Positions 9,099 through 19,986 of a stretch of DNA of 30,706 nt are shown here, piece after piece. Position numbers and translations under genes: made by a program. Origin of the DNA: Candidatus Peribacteria bacterium (GTDB lineage Bacteria; Patescibacteriota; Gracilibacteria; Peribacterales; Peribacteraceae); assembly GCA_041691135.1 (NCBI GenBank), contig JBEPVF010000015.1:1-30706 (forward strand). The letters run 5' to 3'. Position 1 is the first letter of the stretch, and each line of letters starts with the position of its first letter. The notes beneath the pieces are model-generated. The model saw only the letters and a list, made by a program, of their open reading frames with translations. It was not told where the DNA came from and did not search any database.

Positions 9099-9383
9099 TT
9101 CGGCTTGCATGCCACCGTCGCGCCCGTGTACCAGCCCCGTGTAGACCTGACGCGAGCTTCGTTGAACCAATCTTCCCGCGAGTTCGTCGAGCTCAAACCG
9201 CGCAGCCTTGAAAAGGGTCTGCTCATTGCCAGCTGCTGCAGACGCCACACCGGCGAGTGCGACGGCGAATGCTTCCGGGCGCTCAGAACTACCGACCGCC
9301 TTCGAAGCCCGCGCCCAACTAGCGCTGGTAAGCATGATATCGGCATAGCGAGGCGATGACTCGAGCAATGGTCAAGTTCAACC

Positions 9384-9665
9384 CTATTCCGACGTAAACC
9401 GAACCGCATGACGCATCTCCATCAGTGTCCTGCGCATGCCGTAGAGCTGATCGACCAAATGCAGGATCACACCGACCCCTTCATCGTTCACACCAAAGTC
9501 AGCATGGAGATCACGGATGAGCTGCGCCCTTGCGATATCGATTTCGGAAAAGGTCATCTCGACCGACGAACCGCCGGGGATTATCCACTCCTCCTCAATC
9601 CAGGCATTCAACGTGTTATGTCCCATGCCGGAGAGCGATAAAAATTCCGATTTGCTAAATTTCAT
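9384..9665 (-). CDS. cbpM: Chaperone modulator CbpM (MerR-like HTH)
   Basis: [40 protein letters not shown]; ATGA overlap with the DnaJ/CbpA stop. Confidence 0.85.
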   Translation of the reverse strand: MKFSKSEFLSLSGMGHNTLNAWIEEEWIIPGGSSVEMTFSEIDIARAQLIRDLHADFGVNDEGVGVILHLVDQLYGMRRTLMEMRHAVRFTSE

Positions 9666-10567
9666 GGCACCAGCTCCCCTCGAGGGTTGTACGTCCTCCC
9701 GCTCTCCCAACCCGAAACGAATGTTTCAAGCTCCGGGTTCAGCTCTTTGGGCAGCATGACTTTCAGCTTGACGAACTGATCACCGTGACCGCCGACATGG
9801 TTGGGGGCGCCCTTCCCCTTCAGGCGTAACATGGTCCCGGTATTTGACCCTTTCGGTACGGCCATTGTTACCGCACCGGTTGGAGTAGGAACCTTGATCC
9901 GGGCACCGAGAACGGCCTCCGTGAGGGTAACGGGCAGTTCCAGATAGATGTCGGCGCCCTGGCGCGTGAACGAATCATCGGGTCTGATTTCGACCTCAAT
10001 GAGAGCATCCCCAAAGCCGCCCTTGCCTGATCCGGGCGCACCCTTGCCGCGCAATCGCAGAACTTGGCTCTCAGTGATGCCGGGTGGGATGGCCACATCG
10101 AGCGTAGCGCCGTCGGGCAATGTCAGGCGCTTGTTCGCACCGGCGATTGACTCAATAAATTCAATTGGAAGCCTGTATGCAAGATCATGCCCGCGCCGGT
10201 TTGCTTGCGCCCGTGCGCCGCGTCTCAAGAGTTCGGCTAACCCGTCTTCCGAATCCATGAAATCTGTAAAGCCGGAATTATCCGCATACGGATGATTCTG
10301 TTCGGACGATGCGTAATCCCTGTAATAATCCTGCCGGGGCCGTTCGGCTCCTGCGGCGTCAATCTCACCCCTATCAAACCTCTTGCGCTTCTCAGCATCG
10401 CCGACCAAGTCATATGCTCCGGCGATCTCCTTAAACTTCTCTTCGGCTTCGGCATTGCCGGGATTGAGGTCGGGATGCAGTTTCTTTGCAAGCCTTCGGT
10501 AAGCTTTTTGAAGGTCGTCCGCCGAGGCGGTACGGGCGACGCCCAAAATCTCATATGGGTCTCTCAT
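9662..10567 (-). CDS. cbpA: CbpA-like DnaJ class B co-chaperone (J domain and C-terminal domain, no zinc finger)
   Basis: [10 protein letters not shown]...[10 protein letters not shown] (HPD motif); LRLRGKG repeats; followed by cbpM. Confidence 0.88.
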   Translation of the reverse strand: MRDPYEILGVARTASADDLQKAYRRLAKKLHPDLNPGNAEAEEKFKEIAGAYDLVGDAEKRKRFDRGEIDAAGAERPRQDYYRDYASSEQNHPYADNSGFTDFMDSEDGLAELLRRGARAQANRRGHDLAYRLPIEFIESIAGANKRLTLPDGATLDVAIPPGITESQVLRLRGKGAPGSGKGGFGDALIEVEIRPDDSFTRQGADIYLELPVTLTEAVLGARIKVPTPTGAVTMAVPKGSNTGTMLRLKGKGAPNHVGGHGDQFVKLKVMLPKELNPELETFVSGWESGRTYNPRGELVP

Positions 10568-10704
10568 ACCTTCTCCGCGTTCCGCATACCGCAAGCGCCG
10601 TCATGCGCGATGAGAGACGTTTTAACATAAGCATTTCTGGTTGCACGCTTGGCCGGATGGACCGCTGCCAGATCCGAAGGCGCCAGGTCCTATCTCGCCC
10701 TCGC

Positions 10705-12618
10705 CTAGGCCGATTTCTTTTTTCCCGCCTCGTCATCCACCTCAGTGAAGTCCGCGTCGACGATATTTTCCTTGCGGTGTTTCGAAGAGCTGTTGGAGTT
10801 GCTAGATTCGTTCTGGGATTGAGCGGCAATTGCTTCTCCCAGCTTCATCGAAGCTTGCGCTAATTCATTCGTTTTCGCTGTAGTTGTCCCGGAATCATCT
10901 CCCTTGAGCGCTTCCCTTAGACCCGCCATGGCGTCCTCGATCGCACGGCGCTCGGATTCGCCAACCTTGGCTCCGTGTTCAGCAACAGTCTTCTCGGTCG
11001 CATGAAGAAGGGCCTCACCGTGGTTCTTGGCTTCCACCCCTTCTTTGCGCTTCTTGTCCTCGACTGCATGTGATTCAGCCTCTTTAATCATCTTGTCGAT
11101 ATCATTTGGGGTTAAACCACCAGAGGCCTGGATTTGAATTCTCTGCTCTTTGCCAGTTCCTTTGTCCTTCGCCTGAACATTTACGATGCCATTCGCATCG
11201 ATATCGAACGTAACCTCAATTTGGGGAGCGCCGCGAGCAGCCGACGGAATGCCCATCAGGTCGAATTGACCGAGTACTTTGTTGTCAGCCGCCATCTCGC
11301 GTTCCCCCTGGAACACGCGAATTGTGACAGCATTCTGGTTATCTTCGGCGGTCGAGAATACTTGACTCTTTTTAATTGGCACAGTGGTGTTTCGCTCGAT
11401 CAGACGCGAAAATACTCCACCTAATGTCTCGATGCCGAGCGAGAGCGGAGTGACATCGAGCAAGAGCACGTCCTTGACGTCGCCCTGCAACACCCCGGCT
11501 TGAATAGCGGCGCCGATAGCGACTACTTCGTCCGGATTAACCCCCTTGTGCGGCTCCTTACCGAATAGCTGCTTTACGATCTCCTGAATTTTCGGCATGC
11601 GTGTCATGCCACCGACGAGAACGACCTCATTGATTTCGGCAGCCGAAAGTCCCGCATCCTTGAGCGCATTCCGGCAGGGCTCGACCGTTTTTTGCACGAG
11701 ATCATCAACCAAAGCCTCGAATTTCGCGCGGGTCAGCTTGATCGCGAGATGCTTGGGTCCGGATTGGTCAGCGGTGATGAATGGAAGATTGATTTCAGTC
11801 TGCGTCGTTGAAGACAATTCGATCTTGGCCTTTTCGGCAGCTTCCTTGAGGCGCTGCAGAGCTAGCTTGTCGCTGCGCAGGTTAATGCCCTGCTCTTTTT
11901 GGAACTCGTCAGCGAGATAGCCGACGAGGCGCATGTCGAAATCTTCACCGCCAAGGAAGGTATCCCCATTGGTGGATTTCACCTCGAACACGCCCTCGCC
12001 AATTTCGAGAATGGAAACGTCGAACGTGCCGCCGCCAAGGTCATAAACGGCGATCTTGCTTTGCGCCTGCTTGTCGAGGCCGTAGGCCAGCGCAGCTGCG
12101 GTCGGCTCATTGATGATGCGCAGCACCTCAAGACCGGCAATCTTACCAGCATCCTTCGTTGCCTGACGCTGGGCGTCGTTGAAGTAAGCCGGAACAGTAA
12201 TAACCGCCTGATCAACCTTTTGGCCGAGATAGGCTTCTGCGGTCTCCTTCATCTTCTGCAGGATAAACGCAGAGACCTGCGACGGAGAATACGTCTTGCC
12301 GTCAGCCTCAACCCACGCGTCACCATTGGAAGCTTTCACGATCTTATAGGGAACGAGACCCTTGTCTTTTTCAACCATCGGGTCGTCATACCGACGGCCA
12401 ACGAGCCGCTTGACTGCAAAGATCGTATTCTCGGGGTTGGTTACAGACTGACGCTTTGCCGGTTGACCAACCAGCCGTTCGCCACCTTTCGTAAATGCGA
12501 CAATCGATGGAGTAGTGCGCGTCCCCTCGGCGTTTTCGATGATATGGGATGTCTTGCCATCCATTACAGCAACGCACGAATTCGTCGTGCCGAGATCGAT
12601 GCCAATAATTTTACCCAT
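10705..12618 (-). CDS. dnaK: Molecular chaperone DnaK
   Basis: [41 protein letters not shown]; full length, 637 aa. Confidence 0.98.
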   Translation of the reverse strand: MGKIIGIDLGTTNSCVAVMDGKTSHIIENAEGTRTTPSIVAFTKGGERLVGQPAKRQSVTNPENTIFAVKRLVGRRYDDPMVEKDKGLVPYKIVKASNGDAWVEADGKTYSPSQVSAFILQKMKETAEAYLGQKVDQAVITVPAYFNDAQRQATKDAGKIAGLEVLRIINEPTAAALAYGLDKQAQSKIAVYDLGGGTFDVSILEIGEGVFEVKSTNGDTFLGGEDFDMRLVGYLADEFQKEQGINLRSDKLALQRLKEAAEKAKIELSSTTQTEINLPFITADQSGPKHLAIKLTRAKFEALVDDLVQKTVEPCRNALKDAGLSAAEINEVVLVGGMTRMPKIQEIVKQLFGKEPHKGVNPDEVVAIGAAIQAGVLQGDVKDVLLLDVTPLSLGIETLGGVFSRLIERNTTVPIKKSQVFSTAEDNQNAVTIRVFQGEREMAADNKVLGQFDLMGIPSAARGAPQIEVTFDIDANGIVNVQAKDKGTGKEQRIQIQASGGLTPNDIDKMIKEAESHAVEDKKRKEGVEAKNHGEALLHATEKTVAEHGAKVGESERRAIEDAMAGLREALKGDDSGTTTAKTNELAQASMKLGEAIAAQSQNESSNSNSSSKHRKENIVDADFTEVDDEAGKKKSA

Positions 12619-12801
12619 GGTTTCTACGCCTTTTCTGATGTTCGATTCGTTTACGAGAGCAGTCCTCGAACGAGACCCGCCCGCCTGATGGGAGAGGTGC
12701 GATGACGATTAGGGGAAATCCCGGAATCATCGAACAACATCTGCGCGTTCGCCGGGCAAGCCTCCACTGGACCTAGCCATTAGGCGATCAGGAGCGACAG
12801 A

Positions 12802-12817
12802 CTCGGAAACTACTCAG
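12802..12817 (-). promoter_or_regulatory. FixJ-like box copy 3 (upstream of dnaK)
   Basis: CTGAGTAGTTTCCGAG; gcTAGGTC 26 bp downstream (12770-12775). Confidence 0.75.
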
Positions 12818-13018
12818 AACCGGCCCGGCATGATGCCTTCGCCATGCAGCGTTATCAGTCTCTCCTAACCGCTGTACGGTTGTGTTGGCCCACGTTTTTC
12901 CAATCTGGCCAAAATCGTGTCGCTCGATTTACAGGCGCGTCACTACCTGTACGGTCGGATCTCTCGGACTCTTGCATGCATCGATTCGAATTCGAGCGCC
13001 CGATCGACGGCTGCAACA

Positions 13019-13034
13019 CTGAGTAGTTTCCGAG
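13019..13034 (+). promoter_or_regulatory. FixJ-like box copy 4 (upstream of mlaEFD)
   Basis: CTGAGTAGTTTCCGAG; gcTATCGT 26 bp downstream (13061-13066). Confidence 0.75.
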
Positions 13035-13327
13035 TCTACCCTCGAAAGTCCGTTCCCGGCTATCGTAGCGCGGTAAGGCAACACCGTGAATATGACCCTG
13101 TAATAAATACTCCGCTGAGGCCCACCCGAGCGTCGGTGCATCACCTTCCGCCGCGTGCCGGCTTGCAGACGCGATGCGTACTTAGGGGAACCTTCCACGA
13201 TCCTGACAGGAGAACGAGTGCCGAATACAAACCGAGACTGCGGCTTCCGTGCGCATGCATTTGCTTGCGTTGCAATACCATGCGCTGTTGACGGCGAAGA
13301 CGCCGGACGCGTGGAAGCTATTCTTGA

Positions 13328-14479
13328 TTGGCAAGGCCATTGAGTTCGCTACCCGTTCTGGGAGAGACAATCCACGGTGATACCTTGGAGCTCAGTCCGA
13401 GTGGATCTGGGACAGCCGCGTGCGCTGCTCCCCTCGAGATTTTTTTCGATACGGTCTCGCCGAAGCTACAGCAAACCACAACTTTGAAGATTGACATGAC
13501 CGACGTGCGCGAGCTCGACACGCTTGGCGCATGGCTACTCGAAAAGATGTCACGACGTGCGCTGGAGGCCGGTCATCCCGCAACCGTTGTTGGCGTGGCC
13601 GACCGGTATACAGGCTTGATCGAAGACGTTCGGCAGATCAACCGTCGTAAACCTGCGAGCCGAGCGGTTCAAAACCCCATTCTTGAAAGGCTGGAAGCCA
13701 TCGGCCGGTCCACATTCAGCGCGGCGGAAGACGTATCGGTCTTTCTGCAGATGCTGGGTGCTCTCGGCTCCGCAGGTCTCGGCGTAATGCGGAGACCGCG
13801 TTCGCTTCGGTTCAAGTCTCTGGTTTATCATCTGGATGAGGTAGGTTGGCAGGCCATACCGATCATCGCTCTGGTGACGTTTCTGATCGGCGCAATCATT
13901 GCCCAGCAGGGCATCTTCCATTTCCGCAAGTTCGGCGCAGAGTCCTTCGTCGTCGATCTCGTCGGCATCCTCGTACTTCGCGAAATTGGCGTCCTCATCG
14001 TCGCCATCATGGTCGCTGGACGATCGGGAAGCGCCTACACCGCCGAGCTAGGTTCGATGAAAATGCGCGAGGAAATCGACGCGTTATCGACCATGGGCCT
14101 CGATCCCGTTGAAGTCCTGATCCTTCCTCCACGCATCATCGCTTTGGTTCTGGCGCTTCCGATTCTCGCATTCATCGGCTCAATGGCCGCGCTCTTCGGC
14201 GGTGGCGTGGTTGCATGGTTTTACGGCGGGATGTCCCCGGCGATCTACATCGCGCGCCTTCATGAAGCCGTTTCTGTGACCCATTTCGAAGTCGGAATGA
14301 TCAAGGCGCCTTTCATGGCGCTGGTGATTGGTATCGTTGCGTGCAGCGAAGGCCTGAGGGTCAAGGGAAGCGCGGAATCGCTCGGTAAGCAGACGACAAT
14401 CTCGGTGGTCAAGTCGATCTTTCTTGTGATCGTGCTCGACGGCGCCTTCGCGGTCTTTTTTGCATCGATCGGAATGTGA
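13328..14479 (+). CDS. mlaE: MlaE-family ABC permease with N-terminal STAS-like domain
   Basis: LDTLGAWLL, LREIGVLIVAIMVAGRSGSAYTAELGSMKMREEIDAL. The true start may be TTG 13340. Confidence 0.9.
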   Translation: MARPLSSLPVLGETIHGDTLELSPSGSGTAACAAPLEIFFDTVSPKLQQTTTLKIDMTDVRELDTLGAWLLEKMSRRALEAGHPATVVGVADRYTGLIEDVRQINRRKPASRAVQNPILERLEAIGRSTFSAAEDVSVFLQMLGALGSAGLGVMRRPRSLRFKSLVYHLDEVGWQAIPIIALVTFLIGAIIAQQGIFHFRKFGAESFVVDLVGILVLREIGVLIVAIMVAGRSGSAYTAELGSMKMREEIDALSTMGLDPVEVLILPPRIIALVLALPILAFIGSMAALFGGGVVAWFYGGMSPAIYIARLHEAVSVTHFEVGMIKAPFMALVIGIVACSEGLRVKGSAESLGKQTTISVVKSIFLVIVLDGAFAVFFASIGM

Positions 14480-14481
14480 CG

Positions 14482-15246
14482 ATGGAACAATTTGCCATTC
14501 GCGTGAGCGATCTCGTGGTGGGCTTCGGCCAATAGACCGTGATCGACCATCTGTCGCTGGACGTTCGCAAGGGCGAAATCCTCGGCCTGGTCGGTGCATC
14601 CGGCGGCGGCAAATCCGTGCTCATGCGAACGATCATCGGGCTCATTCCAAAACGCAGGGGCCATATCGAGGTTATGGGTGTCGATATCGACAAAAGCCGC
14701 GACCGCGACATTCACGTAGCCGCCATGTGGGGCATCCTGTTCCAGCAAGGCGCGCTGTTCTCATCCCTGACGGCGTTGCAGAACGTTCAGTTTCCGCTGC
14801 GGGAAAACCTCGTCCTCTCCGAATCGCTGATGAACGAGATTGCTGCCGCCAAGCTCGAAATGGTTGGCTTGACGCTGGAGGATGGCGACAAGTTTCCGTC
14901 CGAACTCTCCGGGGGAATGACAAAGCGGGTCGCGCTGGCGCGTGCGCTCGCGCTTGACCCCGCCATCGTATTTCTCGACGAACCGACATCGGGGCTGGAT
15001 CCCATCGCCGCGGGCGACTTCGACGATCTAATCAGGACGCTGCACGAAACCCTCGGGCTGACGGTATTCATGGTCACCCACGACCTCGCCAGCTTGAACA
15101 CCGTCTGCGATCGCGTCGCAGCCCTTGCAGACGGCAAGATCGTAGCGATCGGGTCGATGGCCGATTTGCTTCGGTCTGACCATCCATGGGTCACGGCCTA
15201 TTTTCACGGGAAGCGCTCCCTGATGCTGCAACCAGAAACGAGCTGA
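14482..15246 (+). pseudogene. mlaF: MlaF-family ABC ATPase with in-frame TAG at codon 18
   Basis: ATG 14482 gives MEQFAIRVSDLVVGFGQ*TVIDHLSL; TAG at 14533-14535. The rest is intact (GASGGGKS, LSGGM, FLDEP). Confidence 0.82.
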
Positions 15247-15251
15247 ACTCA

Positions 15252-16358
15252 ATGGAAACGCGCGCTCCTTTTATCATCGTAGGCGCCTTCATGCTGGCAG
15301 CCATCGGTGCGGTCTTCGGATTTGTATATTGGCTACACAACACCGCCGGCACCAGCGCGCGGACCACCCATCATGTTCAATTTGAAGGTTCGGTTTCAGG
15401 ACTGCTGGTTGGCGCTGCGGTTCTGTTCAATGGAATCCGCGTTGGCGAAGTAACCAATCTGGCCTTGGCCGCCGACAGTCCGCGGAGGGTTGACGCGACA
15501 ATCGCCGTGGCCGCTGACACGCCGGTACATGTCGATACCAAGGTGGGCCTCGATTTCCAGGGACTGACTGGCGTTCCCGTCATTGCTCTGGAGGGGGGCA
15601 AGGAGATTGGCGCATCGACCGGGCCACAGACGCTCATCGCCGATCCGGCAGCCGGTCAAAGCATGACACAGGTCGCGCGCAATGCGCTCGGAAGGGTCGA
15701 TTCCGTGTTGGCTGAAAATGCCAAGCCGCTCAAGAGCACGATCGCCAATCTGAAGACGTTTACCGATGGGCTTGCCAAGAATACCGGAGGGCTGGACTCT
15801 ATTGTGGCCGGCCTCGTCAAGATGACGGGAGGTGGCGAGCCAGCAATCCCCAAGACGATCTACGACCTCAGCCTTCCGTCTGACTTTGCGTTGCCCAAAA
15901 AGCCGCTCAAGGATCAGCTTGTGATGCCGACGCCGACGGCGATCCTGCTGCTCAACACTCAGCGATTTTTGCTGGAGCCTAACAAGGAGCTTCCGGGATT
16001 TGCAAACGCACAATGGGCCGACAGCATTCCAGCTCTGTTGCAGATAAAGCTCATTCAAAGCTTTGAAAATTACGACGTCGCCCACGCTCCACTTCGTGCA
16101 ACGGACAATCCCGGAACCAATCCACAGCTCCTTATCGATATCAGAAGCTTCCAGATCAACACCGATTCCGAACTAACGGCTGAGATCGGATTTTCAGCTC
16201 GGATATTGAACAAGGACGGGCAAGTTGTCGCTTCACGTCTGTTCCAGCAGCGCAAGAAACTCGACAAACCCGATCCGGCCTCCGCTGTCGCCGCGTTTGA
16301 TGACGCTTTCGGAAGCATCGCAAAGGACCTGATCACATGGACGGCGGGCGCGCTCTAG
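15252..16358 (+). CDS. MlaD/MCE-domain protein fused to an ABC auxiliary lipoprotein (PqiC-like) domain
   Basis: METRAPFIIVGAF, GSVSGLLVGAAVLFNGIRVGEV, QGLTG; C-terminal AQWADSIP..Q..LIQSFEN...QLLIDIRSFQI. Confidence 0.85.
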   Translation: METRAPFIIVGAFMLAAIGAVFGFVYWLHNTAGTSARTTHHVQFEGSVSGLLVGAAVLFNGIRVGEVTNLALAADSPRRVDATIAVAADTPVHVDTKVGLDFQGLTGVPVIALEGGKEIGASTGPQTLIADPAAGQSMTQVARNALGRVDSVLAENAKPLKSTIANLKTFTDGLAKNTGGLDSIVAGLVKMTGGGEPAIPKTIYDLSLPSDFALPKKPLKDQLVMPTPTAILLLNTQRFLLEPNKELPGFANAQWADSIPALLQIKLIQSFENYDVAHAPLRATDNPGTNPQLLIDIRSFQINTDSELTAEIGFSARILNKDGQVVASRLFQQRKKLDKPDPASAVAAFDDAFGSIAKDLITWTAGAL

Positions 16359-16399
16359 CGTCCGGCGTTTCGAGTAACCATAATCGGAACCCTAGCTAC

Positions 16400-16570
16400 T
16401 CAACGCGCGTAGGGTCGCCAGGATAGATCGTCGGACAGCACATAGATCATGACCGCCGCTAGACACAGGACAACGCCCACCCAAAATAGCGGCGAATGAT
16501 GGATGCGCCTCCAGTCGCGCCGGCGAACCTCCGGCTCTTGCGCATTTCGCTGACTGCTTTCGCCATTCAC
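16400..16570 (-). CDS. Small single-TM hypothetical protein (56 aa)
   Basis: GGGGA RBS and GTG 16570; RRDWRRIHHSPLFWVGVVLCLAAVMIYVLSDDLSWRP; last gene of the gnd operon. Confidence 0.65.
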   Translation of the reverse strand: MNGESSQRNAQEPEVRRRDWRRIHHSPLFWVGVVLCLAAVMIYVLSDDLSWRPYAR

Positions 16571-16589
16571 CTCTGTTTCCCCCAGTGCT

Positions 16590-17317
16590 TCAATCGACGG
16601 CGACCGCCGCCGCATCACCAAAAATGGAAAGCGTGCCGGTGGGACGGAGATGTGCCGCTGGCAGGCTGTCGTCGCCGCCGCGAAGCCGATCGACGATCGC
16701 CCGCTTCCCTTTCCCAGTGACCAAGAAGGCCGTGTGCCGGCTGCTCTCAAGCGTTGGATATGTCAGCGTGATGCGCGCTTCGGCCTTCGTACCTATTACG
16801 GAAGTAACCCACCGGTCACGCTCAGCGAGCGCCGCCGTTCCAGGAAACAACGAGGCTGTATGCCCATCCGGTCCCAGTCCGAGTAAGTTTACATCGAAAA
16901 GTGGGCGAGCGGGATCGAGACACTCCGCGCCGTAGAAAGATTTGAGCGCGCTTGCATAAGAACATGCCGCCGCTTCAGGGCTGATACCTTCCGTAGGAAT
17001 GGAATGGATGTTGGTCGCGGGGACTGGCGCACGTGATAGCAACGCTTCTCTAACCATACGATAATTGCTCAGTGGGTTGTCGTGGGGCACAAAGCGCTCG
17101 TCGCTCCAGAACCAGTGGGTGCGAGACCAAGGGAAGGCATCGATGTAAGGTGGCCCGGCGAGACATAAAGTCCCTGCGGGGTCGAACCGCCGGAGAGAGC
17201 GACGGAAAAACTGCCATCCGTCGCCATCGCCAATTCGAGCATCCAGTCCGCGTCCCGGATAGCTAAAGCCGCTGGATCGACAAGGATTTCTACTTTAGCC
17301 TCGGCCGCGCTGATCAT
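16590..17317 (-). pseudogene. pgl: 6-phosphogluconolactonase, frameshifted
   Basis: VALSGGSTPQGLY in one frame; LAGPPYIDAFPWSRTHWFWSDERFVP...LGLGPDGHTASLFP in another. Shift at about 17163. Confidence 0.9.
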
Positions 17318-17333
17318 TTGAGTACCCTTCCCG

Positions 17334-18038
17334 CTAATGGCTTCGGGTGTCGCGGATCGTGGCGATCGCAGCGGCATAGTCAGCTGATCCAAAAATTGCG
17401 GATCCGGCGACAATAGCGTTCGCGCCCGCCTCGATCGCCTGTCCGGCGCTTTCATGATTTTCTCCGCCGTCAACCTCGATGATTGGATCGAGATCACGCT
17501 CTTCGCAGAGCTGGCGCACCCGACGGATTTTCGGCAACATCTCCGGCAGAAATTTCTGGCCGCCGAAACCTGGGCTGACTGTCATGACGAGAACGATGTC
17601 GCAGAGATGGAGAACGTATTCGATCAATTCGGTCGGGCTTGCCGGATCGAGGACCACACCAGCCTTCATGCCGAGGTCGCGAATTTGCGAAAGGACTCGG
17701 TAGAGATGGATCGTCGCGGATGACTCCGCATGCACGAGGAGGTGATCGGCGCCCGCCCTGGCGAAGTCGGCGAGATAGCGCTCCGGCTCAACGATCATCA
17801 AGTGCACATTGAGCGGCTTTTGCGTGCAGCGGCGCACCGCTTCGACGACCACCGGCCCGATCGTAATGTTCGGCACGAAGCGGCCGTCCATTACGTCGAT
17901 ATGAATCCAGTCCGCGCCCGCCGCATCGACGGCGCGAACCTCCTCAGCGAGACGTCCAAAATCCGCCGACAGAATCGATGGAGCGATAATGATCGGCTTG
18001 TGCACGACCGCGTCCGGCATCGCTGAAGCGATGTTCAT
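17334..18038 (-). CDS. rpe: Ribulose-phosphate 3-epimerase
   Basis: [48 protein letters not shown]. Confidence 0.95.
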   Translation of the reverse strand: MNIASAMPDAVVHKPIIIAPSILSADFGRLAEEVRAVDAAGADWIHIDVMDGRFVPNITIGPVVVEAVRRCTQKPLNVHLMIVEPERYLADFARAGADHLLVHAESSATIHLYRVLSQIRDLGMKAGVVLDPASPTELIEYVLHLCDIVLVMTVSPGFGGQKFLPEMLPKIRRVRQLCEERDLDPIIEVDGGENHESAGQAIEAGANAIVAGSAIFGSADYAAAIATIRDTRSH

Positions 18039-18424
18039 TGGGTTTGGCCCCTGTCTGCTGCATAAATGTCTATGACCGCAAGCATCCGGAGTTCCGCTTG
18101 CTTCGAACGCTGGAACGAGTTGCGGCCAGTTAGGGAGCCGAATCCCCTCGCAAAATCGCGGAAAACCGCTTCCGGAAAGCCGAGCGCCGCGAAGTAGGCA
18201 TTGCAGCCCGCTTCAATACCGAGTTCAAAATGATATCGCGGATCGTAAGCCGGCGGATTGGGCGCAAACGAACGCGCAAGCCTGTGCTCGTACCTTTGAT
18301 CGACCGGCAAACTAAGCAGTTTCCCCCTGCCCCGGATGTGGTTCAGTAGCCTGGCAAGTTTGGCCAGCGTTCCCGAATCATCTGCACCGTACTTTCCCAT
18401 AATTTCTTCTGCGCGCGGTCTCAT
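18035..18424 (-). pseudogene. fbaB: Class I fructose-bisphosphate aldolase (FbaB/DhnA type) with a large in-frame internal deletion
   Basis: [35 protein letters not shown] is joined at about 18148 directly to the C-terminal GFGS..GRNSFQR; only 129 aa. Confidence 0.85.
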
Positions 18425-18603
18425 CGTCCATCGCCCGTCGAGTCTGTGGATCGGTCCCATGTGGTGTCGCCTTCATTATGCCGCGCCGAAGTGGCCTGTA
18501 TGGTCGCAAACGGAAGATACCTAATCGACATCGGTCGCTCTTTTCTCGTTACGACCGGCAACAGTCGAGGCTGTTTGCTTCTTGTCGCCGTATCAGTTCC
18601 TCC

Positions 18604-19986
18604 TCAGGCCACCGGATCCGGGATCGGATCCAGCGAGCCCAAGAGGAAGACGTACGCCAGGATACCAACGATCAGGACGACACCAGCGGTCATGAACGCT
18701 CCGGTGAAAGAATGCGTAGCCCCAACGATGTAGCCCGTTGTGATCGGCGCCACGGCACCCATCAGATTGTTCAGGAAGTTCATGATGCCGCCGATCGTAC
18801 CGGTCCCGCCGCGTGGCGCGATTAGCGATGGGATCGACCAGCCAACTGGCGCGGCCGCGGCCAAGCCGCTCAACGCGATTGAGATCCAGACCACCGCCCA
18901 GACCGGGCTGGTGGTAAGGGTGGCGCCAAATACGGCGAGGCCTAGCAGCATGCCGCACACCAGCACAGTCTTGCGCACGGGCGTCTCACGATAGCCCCGG
19001 GAGATCAAATGGTCGATCAGCCAGCCGCCCACGACCAGATCGGCGACCGTGGCGCAAGCCCAGGGGATGGCCGAGAAGCCAGCAGACTTCAGGATGCTCA
19101 TATGCATCGTCTCGACGAGATAGTTCGGCAGCCAGGTCAGGAACAAATAGAAGGAGTATCCATACGCCGCGAATCCGATCGTCAACCCCCACACTTTCCG
19201 GTTGCGCAGGAGGTAGCCGAGCATTGCGACCTCGCCGCTTTGTGCCGGTCCCTCGGCTGCGGCTCCGCCCGCATGAATATATTCATGCTCCTCTGCGCTT
19301 AGCCGCGGATGCTTACTGGGATCGCGGTATATGAAAAAGAACGCAAGGAAATACAGAAAGCTCAGTCCACCGGTGATGCCGAATCCCCACCGCCAGCCGA
19401 AATGCACCACGGCCAGCGCTACCAGCGGCACGCCAATGACGTTAGAGAATTTCGCCGCGGCATCGAAGATGGATGTGGCAAGCGCTCGTTCCTGACGTGG
19501 AAACCAGTAGCCCGTCGCCTTCGAGCTCGCTGGAAAGCCCGGAGCCTCGGCTACACCCAGCAAGACTCGCGCGCCAAAGATAGTACCGAATCCGCTCGCG
19601 AACGCGGTCACGGTGGAAAAGAGTGACCAGAAGAAGGTGCTGACGCGATTGACGCCGGTGACGCCGAAGCGATCGAGAATCATACCGGTCGGAATCTGCA
19701 GCAGCGCATATGACCAGAAGAAACCACTGAAGAGCCAACCCCACTCGCCGTCGGTCAGGCCGAATTCGTGCTTCAGCTGCGGCGCGGCCACGGAAAGATT
19801 GATCCGGTCGAAATAATTGATCAGGACGCCGACGCCGAGCAGCACGCCGATGCTCCAGCGCAGCCTGGGAACGCGCCGGGTGGCTTCGCCACTCCCTTCT
19901 CTTGATTCGGAAGCGGTGTTGGCAGGGTCCCCGGAGCGGTCGAAGTCATGATGTCGTTCCTCCCGATTTGGACTCTTTGCGACCAT
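18604..19986 (-). CDS. MFS transporter, anion:cation symporter (sugar-acid, DgoT-like); start uncertain, possible 5' frameshift
   Basis: INYFDRINLSVAAP, AEAPGFPA...WFPRQERA, GWRWGF; about 12 TM segments; follows gluconokinase. Confidence 0.85.
   Translation of the reverse strand: MVAKSPNREERHHDFDRSGDPANTASESREGSGEATRRVPRLRWSIGVLLGVGVLINYFDRINLSVAAPQLKHEFGLTDGEWGWLFSGFFWSYALLQIPTGMILDRFGVTGVNRVSTFFWSLFSTVTAFASGFGTIFGARVLLGVAEAPGFPASSKATGYWFPRQERALATSIFDAAAKFSNVIGVPLVALAVVHFGWRWGFGITGGLSFLYFLAFFFIYRDPSKHPRLSAEEHEYIHAGGAAAEGPAQSGEVAMLGYLLRNRKVWGLTIGFAAYGYSFYLFLTWLPNYLVETMHMSILKSAGFSAIPWACATVADLVVGGWLIDHLISRGYRETPVRKTVLVCGMLLGLAVFGATLTTSPVWAVVWISIALSGLAAAAPVGWSIPSLIAPRGGTGTIGGIMNFLNNLMGAVAPITTGYIVGATHSFTGAFMTAGVVLIVGILAYVFLLGSLDPIPDPVA

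Noticed and set aside
9078-9368. 96-aa minus-strand ORF after cbpM
   Set aside because: No recognisable motif or RBS, and it runs over box 2. It may be a decayed gene but cannot be supported.
11899-12705. 268-aa + strand ORF opposite dnaK
   Set aside because: Well-known antisense open frame of hsp70 genes arising from codon bias.
12620-12750. CIRCE, ROSE or RpoH element in the dnaK leader; TTAGGGGAA at 12709 and 13182
   Set aside because: No CIRCE inverted repeat or convincing RpoH promoter seen. The 9-bp repeat has inconsistent orientation relative to the genes.
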